From: Candidatus Multivoradales bacterium
GTDB lineage: Bacteria > Acidobacteriota > Thermoanaerobaculia > Multivoradales > J023
Direction of reading: 5' to 3'
DNA: 64,000 bases
Assembly (NCBI GenBank): GCA_965248925.1
Contig: CBDFLE010000006.1
Location: 1,856,001 to 1,920,000, forward strand
A program made the translations under genes and the position numbers. Position 1 is the stretch's first letter. The number at the start of each line of letters is the position of its first letter. Below are positions 27,151 to 36,480 of the stretch, one piece after another. The notes under the pieces are model-generated. The model had not been told where the DNA came from, ran no database searches, and saw only the letters and a program-made list of their open reading frames with translations.

Positions 27151-29481
27151 TCAAGAGAGGACACCGACACCGCGCTCAGCCAAACCAACACGCCGCTCGC
27201 GGTGCTCCAGCGCCACACCGGCCGCCAACGACAGGATACCTGCCGCCATCAAAGACATCGCCCAGCCGGGCACGTCGAGCCACTCATAGCGATCGGCGAT
27301 CAGTAACAGGGCCAAACCAACGTTGGTGAGTCCGGCAAAGTAAAAACCAAAATGCTGGCGAAAGTGACTCAGGAATGCCACCCCGAGGGCCAGCGCCAGC
27401 CAGCCCCACAGCCAAACCGTGGCATACTCACCGGTCCAACTCAGATACAGCGCCGGTTCGAGCAAAGCGAAGGGCGCCAGCCAAACCAACGGCCGACCGG
27501 CGCGCCGCAACAAAGGGGAGTTGGCGCTCTCCGAACCCGAGCCCACCAGGTAGATCAAGACCCCGTTCAGAGTCATCACCACGACAGTCGCCAGCAGGGT
27601 CGGATCGCTGAGATCGGCCGCCGCCGGAGAGGCGAAAGTCCAGCCGCAGTAGGCTGCGGCACGGCCATTGAGCGCCAGCAGCTCAAGCACCCCGGCCAGC
27701 AACCAGGCAACCGACAGATAGAGCGGCAGGGCCAACCAATCCAAGCGCCGACGCTCAGCCTGCCAGCCAAGGGCAGAATTGAAGACCAGCAGCGGCAGTA
27801 GATGTAAGGCCAATAGGTCCCAACGCCCCTCCTGCAACCAATCGCTGAGACCGAAATCGGTCAGCATCGCCAACATCGCCAGCGCCGCGCAACTCGCAAA
27901 TAGGGAACCCAACGCCAAGGTCCGCGTTCGCTGCCCAAGCCACAGTGACCAGAGCGCCGCCAGCACCATCGCCACCTGCAACTGCCGATTAGACACCGAG
28001 CCATCGCCAAAGAACGGCTCCCGACCCCCTGGCCACAGCCCCAACTCGTGGAAAATCACCAACAACAACAGCGGCACCAGGGCCGCCCCGGCCAGGTGAA
28101 ACGCCACCGAAATCGCCCGCCGATCACGACTACTCAAGCGCTCGGCGGTGAGGTGCAGGAAGGCGATCGGCAGACCCAACACCAACAGAGCCTGCCACAG
28201 GCCATGGCCGGCTTCGAACAGCCGATGGGCGGCGAAGTAAAACAAACCGCCGGCTAGCAGCAGAAAGGCGCCCAAGTAAAGGGCGATCTGCGACAACTCC
28301 AAACTGCGGCCATGAACAATCCACTCACCGGGCGAGGCCCGCAAGCGGCCGTAGGCATCGGCCAAGCGGCGGGCTTCATGAGCACCCACCAGCCGCAACC
28401 GCCGCCAGCGCTCGATTTCCCGCAAGTGGGGCCGGACGCGCTCTGCGAGGGCCGCGGCGTAGCGACTCGGCCGCGCCCGCACCAGTTGTCCGGCCAAGAA
28501 TCGCCGCAGGTCCCGAGCTAGCTCGAGGGCGTTGACGGTGCGCCGCTCCGGATCGACTTCGATCGCCGCCAAGGCGATCGCCTGCAACGGCTCGGGCAAC
28601 GACGGATCGATCTCCAGCGGTAGCGGCGGTCGGCCGGCACAAACCGCCCGTTCGACCGCTGGCGCATCCTCACCGGCAAAGGGCAGCTGGCCGCAGAGCA
28701 GCTCGTAGAGCACCACCCCGAGGGCGTAGACGTCGACCCGCCGATCCAATGCCCGGCCACGGACGAGCTGCTCGGGGGCGGCATAACCTGGCGTGCCCTG
28801 GCCGTGGCCGCGCCAACCCTCGCCATCGCTGAGGCCGAAGTCGACGATCTTTGGCCGCAGCTCAGCATCGACCAAGATGTTGGACGGCTTGAGATCGCGA
28901 TGCTGAATACCGAGCTGGTGTGCCCGATGAATGGTTTCGGCGACGCAAGCGAGCAGCTCGACCCGCCGCGGCAGGTCGAGAGAAGGACCGATCTCACCGA
29001 GTTCGAAGCCGTCGACGTACTCCATTACGATCACCGGCCCCTCGGCAGCAGTGCACAACTCGTAGATCTGCACGATCGACGGATCCTTGAACAACGCCAG
29101 CGAGCGCGCTTCGCGGAGGAACTGCTCATAGGCCCGCAGGCGCGGCCGATCACGGCGCAGGATCTTGGCCGCGACCGTGCGCCCGAGGTTCAGATCGACC
29201 AGCTTGAAGACCTCGCCCATGCCGCCCGCGCCGAGGCGCTCAATGGTGCGAAAACCATCGATTTCGGGTAGCGCTTCGCTCAACGAATCGAGGGCTGGCG
29301 AGGGTTCGCCGAAGCTCAGCGTGTTTTCGAGGATCGCAAGTTCGCCAAGAGCCTGCTCTAGCTGTTCCAGTAGGGCCGGATCCTGCGCCCCCAACCGCGG
29401 CAGCGACGGCAGCTCGCCATGCCGCTCACGGTGCTCGACAGCCGCCGCCAAGAGCTCCTCCAGGCGCTCCGCTTCGCTCAT
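27151..29481 (-). CDS. Hanks-type Ser/Thr kinase fused to a polytopic membrane domain (DUF2157-like)
   Basis: LGAGGMGEV, VAAK, HRDLKPSN, DFG, GTPGYAAPEQ, followed by roughly 12 hydrophobic segments. Confidence 0.88.
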   Translation of the reverse strand: MSEAERLEELLAAAVEHRERHGELPSLPRLGAQDPALLEQLEQALGELAILENTLSFGEPSPALDSLSEALPEIDGFRTIERLGAGGMGEVFKLVDLNLGRTVAAKILRRDRPRLRAYEQFLREARSLALFKDPSIVQIYELCTAAEGPVIVMEYVDGFELGEIGPSLDLPRRVELLACVAETIHRAHQLGIQHRDLKPSNILVDAELRPKIVDFGLSDGEGWRGHGQGTPGYAAPEQLVRGRALDRRVDVYALGVVLYELLCGQLPFAGEDAPAVERAVCAGRPPLPLEIDPSLPEPLQAIALAAIEVDPERRTVNALELARDLRRFLAGQLVRARPSRYAAALAERVRPHLREIERWRRLRLVGAHEARRLADAYGRLRASPGEWIVHGRSLELSQIALYLGAFLLLAGGLFYFAAHRLFEAGHGLWQALLVLGLPIAFLHLTAERLSSRDRRAISVAFHLAGAALVPLLLLVIFHELGLWPGGREPFFGDGSVSNRQLQVAMVLAALWSLWLGQRTRTLALGSLFASCAALAMLAMLTDFGLSDWLQEGRWDLLALHLLPLLVFNSALGWQAERRRLDWLALPLYLSVAWLLAGVLELLALNGRAAAYCGWTFASPAAADLSDPTLLATVVVMTLNGVLIYLVGSGSESANSPLLRRAGRPLVWLAPFALLEPALYLSWTGEYATVWLWGWLALALGVAFLSHFRQHFGFYFAGLTNVGLALLLIADRYEWLDVPGWAMSLMAAGILSLAAGVALEHRERRVGLAERGVGVLS

Positions 29482-30059
29482 CCCATCTCCTTTGTGTGCA
29501 GCACCAGCATGGCCATTGCCCGACCGTAGAGTTGCCGGCAGGCGTCGGGGCTGCGCTCGAGACGCTGTGCTACTTCGGGGTAGGTCAGCTCCTCCAAACG
29601 GCGCAGCACGATCACCTCGCGATAGTCCTCGGGCAGGCTCTCAAGGGCTACTTCGAGACACATGAGATGCTCATTCCGTTCCAAATTCTGGGTCGCCGAG
29701 CGTAGCTGAGCGGCCAACATCTCGCCCTGTCCGTCGATCGGCACTTCGCGGTCCAGCGCGCGCCGGGCGCGACCATGGAAGGCCGCCTGATCACGAATCT
29801 CGTTCTCGGCGATGCGGCCCAGCCAGGCCATCAACGAGCGGGTCGAGGTGGCCTGCAAGCCATCGAGGCGGCTGAAGGCTTTGAGCAGGATGTTCTGCAA
29901 GATGTCCCGCGACTCCAATCGGCGGCGTAGCCGATTTCCCATCCGAAGGCGCACCAACGCCAATAGCCGATCGCCGACACTGGCGAATAGCTCGTTCACC
30001 GCCGCCTGCGACCCACCGCGGGCGCGTTGCAAGAGCTGAGCTCCGGCTTCGGTATCCAT
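29478..30059 (-). CDS. ECF sigma-70 factor, kinase-associated type
   Basis: RRRLESRDILQ (Ser at the DAED position), WLGRIAEN, LPEDYREVIVLR. 4-bp overlap with the kinase gene. Confidence 0.88.
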   Translation of the reverse strand: MDTEAGAQLLQRARGGSQAAVNELFASVGDRLLALVRLRMGNRLRRRLESRDILQNILLKAFSRLDGLQATSTRSLMAWLGRIAENEIRDQAAFHGRARRALDREVPIDGQGEMLAAQLRSATQNLERNEHLMCLEVALESLPEDYREVIVLRRLEELTYPEVAQRLERSPDACRQLYGRAMAMLVLHTKEMG

Positions 30060-30176
30060 GATGGTCGAAACGCTATCACCACCGAAGCCGGCCAGCGTTC
30101 GGTCGCACTGGCCAACGTCGTCTAATCAACCAAGGGCCTGTGCAACCAACCAAGGCGCCAGGCGCAAGGAGACACC

Positions 30177-30878
30177 ATGAATAGAACGCTGGATTTGAGA
30201 ACACTGAATCTGAGAACGCTGAATCTGAGAATCCTGAGTTTGACCGCCTTGACGATCTTCGCCTTGGCCCTCGGCGGTTGCCTCAGCTCCGAGACCCGCC
30301 AGGTGCTCTATCTCGAAACCAACGGCTCGGTCACCTGGATGGTGCTCGAACACAATGTTCACTCGACCCACGCCGATGTTGAACAAAGAGCCGCCGAAGA
30401 GCGCGAGTATATTGAAGCGGCCCATCACCACGACCACACGGTGGCGCAGGCCCTTGCAAAGCTCGGCGGCCAAGCCGTCAGCAGCCGCATTCTGCGCCTC
30501 CGGCGGCCGTTCGTGGTGTTCACCCAGGCGCGCTTCGCCAGCCCCGCCGAACTCGCTGAAACGCTGCTCGGGCAGCTTGGCGTGCCAGCCAGAATCACTC
30601 TCCAAGGCGACGGTCAAGAGGGCAGCCTAGCGCTCGAACTACGGCTCAACGAAGCCGATGAGGACACTCTCGATGATCACCCGGAGCTGTGGGCACTGAT
30701 CGACGATTTCGCCACTTACCGGTTGGTTCTGAGCGAGGGTTGCTTTGATCACGCCGAGGGTTTCAAGCTCGAAAATCGCGCCACCGCCGCCTTGCTTCCC
30801 GAGCCCGACATTGACGCCATCGAGAGCGCTGGCGGCAAATGGCACTTGGCACTTTCCTGGGGTGGAACGTGCAGCTGA
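30177..30878 (+). CDS. Hypothetical lipoprotein
   Basis: AAGGAG RBS, hydrophobic stretch ending LGGC (lipobox-like). Confidence 0.7.
   Translation: MNRTLDLRTLNLRTLNLRILSLTALTIFALALGGCLSSETRQVLYLETNGSVTWMVLEHNVHSTHADVEQRAAEEREYIEAAHHHDHTVAQALAKLGGQAVSSRILRLRRPFVVFTQARFASPAELAETLLGQLGVPARITLQGDGQEGSLALELRLNEADEDTLDDHPELWALIDDFATYRLVLSEGCFDHAEGFKLENRATAALLPEPDIDAIESAGGKWHLALSWGGTCS
30183..30242 (+). repeat. 15-bp tandem repeat x4 encoding RTLDL-RTLNL-RTLNL-RILSL in the signal peptide n-region
   Basis: agaacgctggatttg agaacactgaatctg agaacgctgaatctg agaatcctgagtttg. Confidence 0.9.
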
Positions 30879-30911
30879 CCGCGGCTCGAAGGGGCTATTG
30901 CAGCGCCTATT

Positions 30912-31601
30912 TCAAGCTCCGAACGGAGGAAACTCGCGGGCCGCCGCGAGCAAGTCGGGAAACACCCAATCGGCCCCCGCCGCCGCCAGCTCCTCGATCG
31001 CGGTAAAGCCGGTGGCAACGGCTAGCGACCGCAGGCCGGCGGCACGAGCGCAGTCGATATCGAGCACCGTGTCGCCGATCACCACTACCTCTTCGGGACG
31101 AAAATCGCGGCCAGCGCGGCGGGCGGCGCGCTGCAAGGCCTTGGGCGGCAGGTCGCGACGGTCAAGGCCATCGTCACCGAAAGCGCCGAACTCGAAGTAG
31201 CGGTCCAGACCCAATCGCGACAGCTTCACGCCAGCGCTCTGGCGCCAATTACCGGTCACCAGCCCGAGTAAGACATCGGGCCGCGCTTGCAGCCTGTCGA
31301 GCAAGTCGACAACCCCTGGCAGTCGGCGCATGCGTTCAGCATCGAGCCCGGTTTCCAGGCGTTCGGTGTAGACATCGCGCATTTCCGCCAGCCGGGGCAG
31401 AATCTGGTGGTCCGTCAGGCCGGTGCCGCGAATCAGGTCGCGGGTGATCATCGGGTCGGTTTTACCGGCGAAATGGTAGCCCTCAAGGTCGGCACAGGCA
31501 CCGAAGACCTGCTTCAGAGCACCCACGAAGAGTGGCCGCACCTGCGGTCCGCAGCGCAGTAGGGTGCCGTCAATGTCGAATAGGAACAGGTGACGTGGCA
31601 A
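30912..31601 (-). CDS. HAD-family hydrolase
   Basis: LFDIDGTLL, LVTGN, IGDTVLD. Confidence 0.9.
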   Translation of the reverse strand: MPRHLFLFDIDGTLLRCGPQVRPLFVGALKQVFGACADLEGYHFAGKTDPMITRDLIRGTGLTDHQILPRLAEMRDVYTERLETGLDAERMRRLPGVVDLLDRLQARPDVLLGLVTGNWRQSAGVKLSRLGLDRYFEFGAFGDDGLDRRDLPPKALQRAARRAGRDFRPEEVVVIGDTVLDIDCARAAGLRSLAVATGFTAIEELAAAGADWVFPDLLAAAREFPPFGA

Positions 31602-31628
31602 GTTGGAAGCTCTCCTCGCGGCTAGGCT

Positions 31629-32444
31629 CTAGCGCCAACGCGGCGATTTCTTGGTGTCGAGAAAGGTGGCGATACCGTGCTTGCAATCGGCGGTAGCGCG
31701 CGTCTCTGCGTTGACTACCGCGGCATGTTCGAGCACCTGCCGTAGAGGTTGGCCGATCATGTCGAGCAGCAAGTGCTTGGTGCGGGCGATCGACTCTGAA
31801 CTCGAGCGGCACAGGATTCCCGCCACCAACTCTTCACCAGCAGTGGCTAGCTCGGCGGCCGGCACCACCCGGTTGATCAGGCCGATATCGAGCGCTCGCT
31901 GGGCATCGAGAAACTGAGGGTCGAGCAATAGCTCTCGCAGGTCTCTCCCCTTGACCCGCAGCGGCAAGAAGGTGGCCACCAGTGCCGCCACAAAACCGAT
32001 CCGCACCTCGCTGTACATGAAGCGCGCATCCTCGGCCGCAACCACCCAATCGTGAGCAGTCGCCAGTCCGCAACCACCCGCAACCGCCGAACCCTGCACC
32101 AGCGCCACGGTCAATGCGTCCTGGTAGAGGATGGCGGCAAACAAGTCCCGCAGGCGCTCGGAATCGAGCCGGTCTTCCTCCGCACCGCAGTGGCGCACCT
32201 GCTCCAGGTGCTCTAGATCGGCGCCAGCCGAGAAGTGCTTGCCGGCTCCTTGCAACAGCACCGCCCGCACCCCTTCCGCACGCAAGGGGCGGCTGTAGAG
32301 ATCAGTGAGCTCGGCAATCATCCGCGGCGCCAGGGCATTGGCCTTGAGAGGATTGTTGAGAGTCACCCACAGCAAGTCGTCGGCCCGCTTTAGCTGCAAG
32401 GTGTCGAAAAGGGTCGGACCTAGCTCGGATTGGCTTTCATTCAT
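31629..32444 (-). CDS. Enoyl-CoA hydratase/isomerase (methylglutaconyl-CoA hydratase-like)
   Basis: FSAGADL, AVAGGCGLATAHD, SEVRIGF. Confidence 0.85.
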   Translation of the reverse strand: MNESQSELGPTLFDTLQLKRADDLLWVTLNNPLKANALAPRMIAELTDLYSRPLRAEGVRAVLLQGAGKHFSAGADLEHLEQVRHCGAEEDRLDSERLRDLFAAILYQDALTVALVQGSAVAGGCGLATAHDWVVAAEDARFMYSEVRIGFVAALVATFLPLRVKGRDLRELLLDPQFLDAQRALDIGLINRVVPAAELATAGEELVAGILCRSSSESIARTKHLLLDMIGQPLRQVLEHAAVVNAETRATADCKHGIATFLDTKKSPRWR

Positions 32445-32705
32445 CGTCGGTATCGCTCGCGGCTCTATCCCAATGCTCGCCGCTTGAGGGGTGTCTTTGT
32501 TGCACTATTTGGAGATCAAGTCGTGAAATCTGGGGCAGGTTGACGTGCTCTGGGCTCGATGTCAACATGCTTTGGGAGAGCAAGCGCGCGATCGCCTCTG
32601 CCGCCGGCCGAGCGACTCGCCATTGGGATTCTCCGCCTCGCGCGGTCCGCCCAGTCCCGACTTGCAACGCTCCCTCAGTCGACCCCGCGATGGAGGATCT
32701 AGCAG

Positions 32706-33686
32706 GTGCCCGCACACTCATCCAGCCGCCAATCTGGCCCGAGCCCGCAGGTGAGAATCTGTGAGATGTCGTTGCGCGATGGCATGCAGGTGCTCAACCA
32801 CCAGCTGCGAATCTCCCTCGACGATCGCCTCGAACTGGTCGCGGCGATCGAGAATGCCGGTCTGCCCTACGTCGAAGTAGGTTCCTTCGTCAGCCACAAG
32901 GTGATGCCCTCGATGCAGGACACGCCCGAGATGTTAAGGCGGCTGGCTGGACCGGTGGAACGCCGCGCGGTGCTGGTTCCGACCTGGAGGCAATACCAAC
33001 GCGCCCACCAAGCGGGTGGTTTCGGCACCGTCGCGCTGTTGGCGTCGGCCTCGGACTCGTATTCGCGGCTCAACACGCGCATGCCCTGCCGAGACGCACT
33101 GGAAGCCAGCTGCAAGGTGGGCGAGGCCGCGAGCCAGGACGGCTACCGGCTGCGCGCTTACCTGTCCTACGCTTTCCGCGAGATGAAAGACAGCGGCGGA
33201 GGCCAACAGCCGATCGCCCATTTGGTCGCCATCTGCCGCCGGCTGCTGGAGGTGGGTTGCGAGGTGATCGCCCTCTCCGACACCGACGGGCGCGCCACCC
33301 CCCGAGACATCGAACGAGTGATCGGCGGCCTCGGCGAGGCCTTGGGGTTCGCCGCCTTGGGCGTTCATCTCCACGATCGCTATGGCCTGGGCCTGCTCAA
33401 TGCCCACGTTGCCTACCGCGCCGGGGTGCGTAGCTTTGACGCCTCCCTCGGCGGCGTCGGCGGCAACCCAAAGATCGCCTACGCGGTCGGCAATCTAGCC
33501 ACTGAAGAGCTGGTCTTGCTCTTCGATAGCCTCGGCGTCGAGACCGGTATCGACCGGCGGGCGGTACTCGACGCGGCCCTGCGCATCGCCGAAATGATTG
33601 AGCGTACCGGCGCCCCGCCGACCACTTCAAAGCTGCTGCTCAACGCCCTCGCGCGGCAACAGCCCACCGCGGTCGCCAGCCGCTGA
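32706..33686 (+). CDS. HMG-CoA lyase-like DRE-TIM metallolyase
   Basis: EMSLRDGMQ, EVGSFVS, LSDTDG, HLHDRYG, GNLATEE. Confidence 0.85.
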   Translation: MPAHSSSRQSGPSPQVRICEMSLRDGMQVLNHQLRISLDDRLELVAAIENAGLPYVEVGSFVSHKVMPSMQDTPEMLRRLAGPVERRAVLVPTWRQYQRAHQAGGFGTVALLASASDSYSRLNTRMPCRDALEASCKVGEAASQDGYRLRAYLSYAFREMKDSGGGQQPIAHLVAICRRLLEVGCEVIALSDTDGRATPRDIERVIGGLGEALGFAALGVHLHDRYGLGLLNAHVAYRAGVRSFDASLGGVGGNPKIAYAVGNLATEELVLLFDSLGVETGIDRRAVLDAALRIAEMIERTGAPPTTSKLLLNALARQQPTAVASR

Positions 33687-33735
33687 ACAACACTAGAGCT
33701 GGGAAGTAGCGCTACAGGTTCGCTATCATCTACCG

Positions 33736-34359
33736 ATGAGTACCGCACCAGAAACCGAGAGCGATATTCGTCGCCAACTGCCCTTGTTGGCCTGGACCCC
33801 TGCTTCCTGGGCCGAACTCGCCGCTAGCCAGCTACCGGTCTTCCTCGCCGATCACGCGATCTGCGAGCAGCAAGCCGCGATGTTCGGTCTGTCCTTGATC
33901 GGCAACTACCCTGACGACCCAGATCTGGTAGATGAAATGGGCGCCTTGGCTGCCGAGGAAGTCGCACATCTGCGGCGAGTCACGACACTCATGCGAAAAC
34001 GCGGCTTCAAGCCCGGCAAGAAGCGCAAGAACCCTTGGGTAGCGGGCCTCAGAGGGCATATGCAGACCGATCGTGGGCCACTGCTCAAGGTGGACCGCCT
34101 CTTGGTCGGTGCCTTGATCGAGGCCCGCAGTTGCGAGCGCTTTACTTGCCTCTTGGAGGTGATCAAGGACCGTGATCCCGAAGTCGCCCGACTGCTGCAC
34201 GACCTCGGACCGGCGGAGAAACGCCACTGGCAGATGTTCTACCGCCTCGCCCAACGAGAACTCGAGCAGAAGCAGTTCGCAAGCCGCTGGCAAAGCTGGC
34301 TCGAGCACGAAGCCACGCTCAGCCGCCAAGGTGGCAAGGTAGCCACCGTTCACGGCTAG
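33736..34359 (+). CDS. miaE: tRNA 2-methylthio-N6-isopentenyladenosine hydroxylase
   Basis: DHAICEQQAA, EEVAH, LIEARSCERF, EKRH di-iron motifs. Confidence 0.9.
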   Translation: MSTAPETESDIRRQLPLLAWTPASWAELAASQLPVFLADHAICEQQAAMFGLSLIGNYPDDPDLVDEMGALAAEEVAHLRRVTTLMRKRGFKPGKKRKNPWVAGLRGHMQTDRGPLLKVDRLLVGALIEARSCERFTCLLEVIKDRDPEVARLLHDLGPAEKRHWQMFYRLAQRELEQKQFASRWQSWLEHEATLSRQGGKVATVHG

Positions 34360-36077
34360 CTAGCCGCTCTTGAGTTGATGATGGCGAGTGACTTGATCCG
34401 CCGATAGAGAGTTGGGCGGCTGATCTCGAGCCGCTCAGCCGCCGCCGCCGTGTCACCGCGGCACAGCTCTAGGGCGGCGATGATTTCGTCACGTTCGACA
34501 ATCTCCAGAGTTCGCTGCAAAGCTCCACCTGTACCCGCCAGCAAGCCAGCACGCACGCTAGGCCCGAGCCGCGAAGTATCAAGCAGCTCGCCATCCTCCA
34601 GAAACAGCACCGCCCGAGCGATCTCGTTCTTCAATTGGCGAATATTGCCCGGCCAGCGGTATTGGCACAGCTCCCTCAGTGCTGCGCGCGAGATACCGTG
34701 AATACGAACGCAGCAGCGTTGCGCTTCGCGAGCCAAGAAAAGGGCCGCCAGATTGGGGATATCCGCTCGGCGGCGGCGCAGCGGCGGCAGCTCCACTTCC
34801 CAAGTCGCCACCCGGTGGTAGAGATCACTCCGAAAGGTACCGTCGGCGAGCATCCGCTGAATCGGCCGGTTGGTCGCACCAATCACCCGCGCTCGCGCCG
34901 GCCGTGGCCGACTGCCACCGAGGCGAAAAACTTCTTTCTCTTGCAGCGCCCGCAAAATCTTGGCTTGAGTCTCCGCCGACATGTCGCCGATCTCATCGAG
35001 AAAGATGGTGCCGCCATCCGCCAGCTCGAACTTCCCCGGCCGCGCTTCGACACCGGTAGCAACACCCTTCTCAACCCCGAACAATTCGGCTTCCAACAAG
35101 TCGCGGGGAAGAGAAGCACAGTTGATCGCCACCATCGGCTGCGCCGCCCGTGGCGAAGAGCTGTGGATAAAACGTGCCAGCACCTCCTTGCCGGTGCCGG
35201 ACTCGCCGGAGATCAGCACGCCAACATCTCCCCGCGCCACTCGTTCAGCCTGATCGTAGAGCGTTTGCAGCTCGGGCACCACACTGTCGGGCTGCGGCCG
35301 CTGCGCCCGCTTGCCAACCAGCAAGGTTGGCGCCGGCAACTCAGTCTCGTCGATGGGCTGCTGAAGCCGGCCAACCAACGACAGCAGCAAGGCCACACTG
35401 TCGACCAAAGGACGGTAGTGACGACCGTTGGACGGACTCTCGAAAAGCGCTCTGACCCGACAAGGTCCAGCGATGGCCTCGACCCACTCCGAGCTTTCAC
35501 AACCTTCGCGCTCGGCGGCGTACACCACCCCCCGTTCCCCTTTCCAGGTCTCGATCACCTCGACTGCCAACACCGGCAGGGCCTCGAAAAGGGAATAGCC
35601 CACTTGCTGGGCCAGCCGCTGCAAGCTGGCTCCCGAATGCAGCTCTTCGAGCAACCGCGGTAAAAACTCCAGCGAAAAGCGATCCAGCAACCCACAGATC
35701 TCCGTCTGCCCGCCCGGGACCAGGCCGCGACCGTCGGCCTCTGGCAGGGCCGACATCGGTAACACGATGCCCGCTTCCAGGTCCTCGTCGGCGACCTCTT
35801 CGATCAACAGAACCACCCGCCCGATGACAAAGATGTCACCCGGCTCCAGAGTCGCTCGCTCAACCCGCCGCGAGCGCAATAGGGTGCCATTGAGGGAGCC
35901 CAGATCCTCGAGTTCGAAACCGCGGGGACCATGGCTCACCGCCGCATGCCGGCGCGACACCGTGCTATTGGGCAAGCAGATTCCGCAGGTAGGGTCAGAA
36001 CCGATTTCCGTGCGGCCTTCGGCCAGTGTCATCCGTAGCGTTTGTTCGCCGAACTTGGCGACTATTCGATACGCCAT
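34356..36077 (-). CDS. FHA-domain sigma54-dependent enhancer-binding protein with Fis-type HTH
   Basis: FHA motifs VSRRHA and DLGSLNGT; GESGTGKE, FLDEIGD, WPGNIRQL, ISRPTLYRRI. The GAFTGA loop reads GVATGV. Confidence 0.92.
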   Translation of the reverse strand: MAYRIVAKFGEQTLRMTLAEGRTEIGSDPTCGICLPNSTVSRRHAAVSHGPRGFELEDLGSLNGTLLRSRRVERATLEPGDIFVIGRVVLLIEEVADEDLEAGIVLPMSALPEADGRGLVPGGQTEICGLLDRFSLEFLPRLLEELHSGASLQRLAQQVGYSLFEALPVLAVEVIETWKGERGVVYAAEREGCESSEWVEAIAGPCRVRALFESPSNGRHYRPLVDSVALLLSLVGRLQQPIDETELPAPTLLVGKRAQRPQPDSVVPELQTLYDQAERVARGDVGVLISGESGTGKEVLARFIHSSSPRAAQPMVAINCASLPRDLLEAELFGVEKGVATGVEARPGKFELADGGTIFLDEIGDMSAETQAKILRALQEKEVFRLGGSRPRPARARVIGATNRPIQRMLADGTFRSDLYHRVATWEVELPPLRRRRADIPNLAALFLAREAQRCCVRIHGISRAALRELCQYRWPGNIRQLKNEIARAVLFLEDGELLDTSRLGPSVRAGLLAGTGGALQRTLEIVERDEIIAALELCRGDTAAAAERLEISRPTLYRRIKSLAIINSRAAS

Positions 36078-36192
36078 CTATTGCAATCCCCCTTTCCAAT
36101 CCGCCGATCACAACCCGTCAACCGGTACCCCCTGGACACCGGCTAGCTCTGATCCCAAGAACACAATCCCCGCAAGACGAACGGCTCGATAT

Positions 36193-36229
36193 TCTCACAT
36201 CTGCAAACGGTGCTGTCTCAAAGTTGAGA
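36193..36229. promoter_or_regulatory. Putative tandem upstream activator sites
   Basis: Perfect TCTCA-aagt-TGAGA at 36216-36229 and imperfect TCTCA-catc-TGCAA at 36193-36206, 23 bp apart. Confidence 0.55.
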
Positions 36230-36330
36230 AAAGAGCTCTGCTCCCCACTACCCGCGGACTAGGCCAAGAGGCGAGAAAGCCAATCAGGAGTTCTAGATAA
36301 GGAGCAAAAACGGTCGGTCGGTCGGAGATC

Positions 36331-36346
36331 GGGCACACCTCTTGCT
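36331..36346 (+). promoter_or_regulatory. sigma54 -24/-12 promoter of the subtilase gene
   Basis: GGGCACACCTCTTGCT has exact GG-N10-GC spacing with GGCAC and TTGC cores. Confidence 0.72.
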
Positions 36347-36480
36347 CTACATCCGAAGTGTCCGGAATTCGACCTGTAGATCAGCCGCGGCTGCCGACAC
36401 CTCGGGAGTACCGGAGAAGGGCGTGCCCGCAAGAAAGCGCCTACGGGTCAGTCAACCCACCGCAGAGAGAGGAAAACCGA

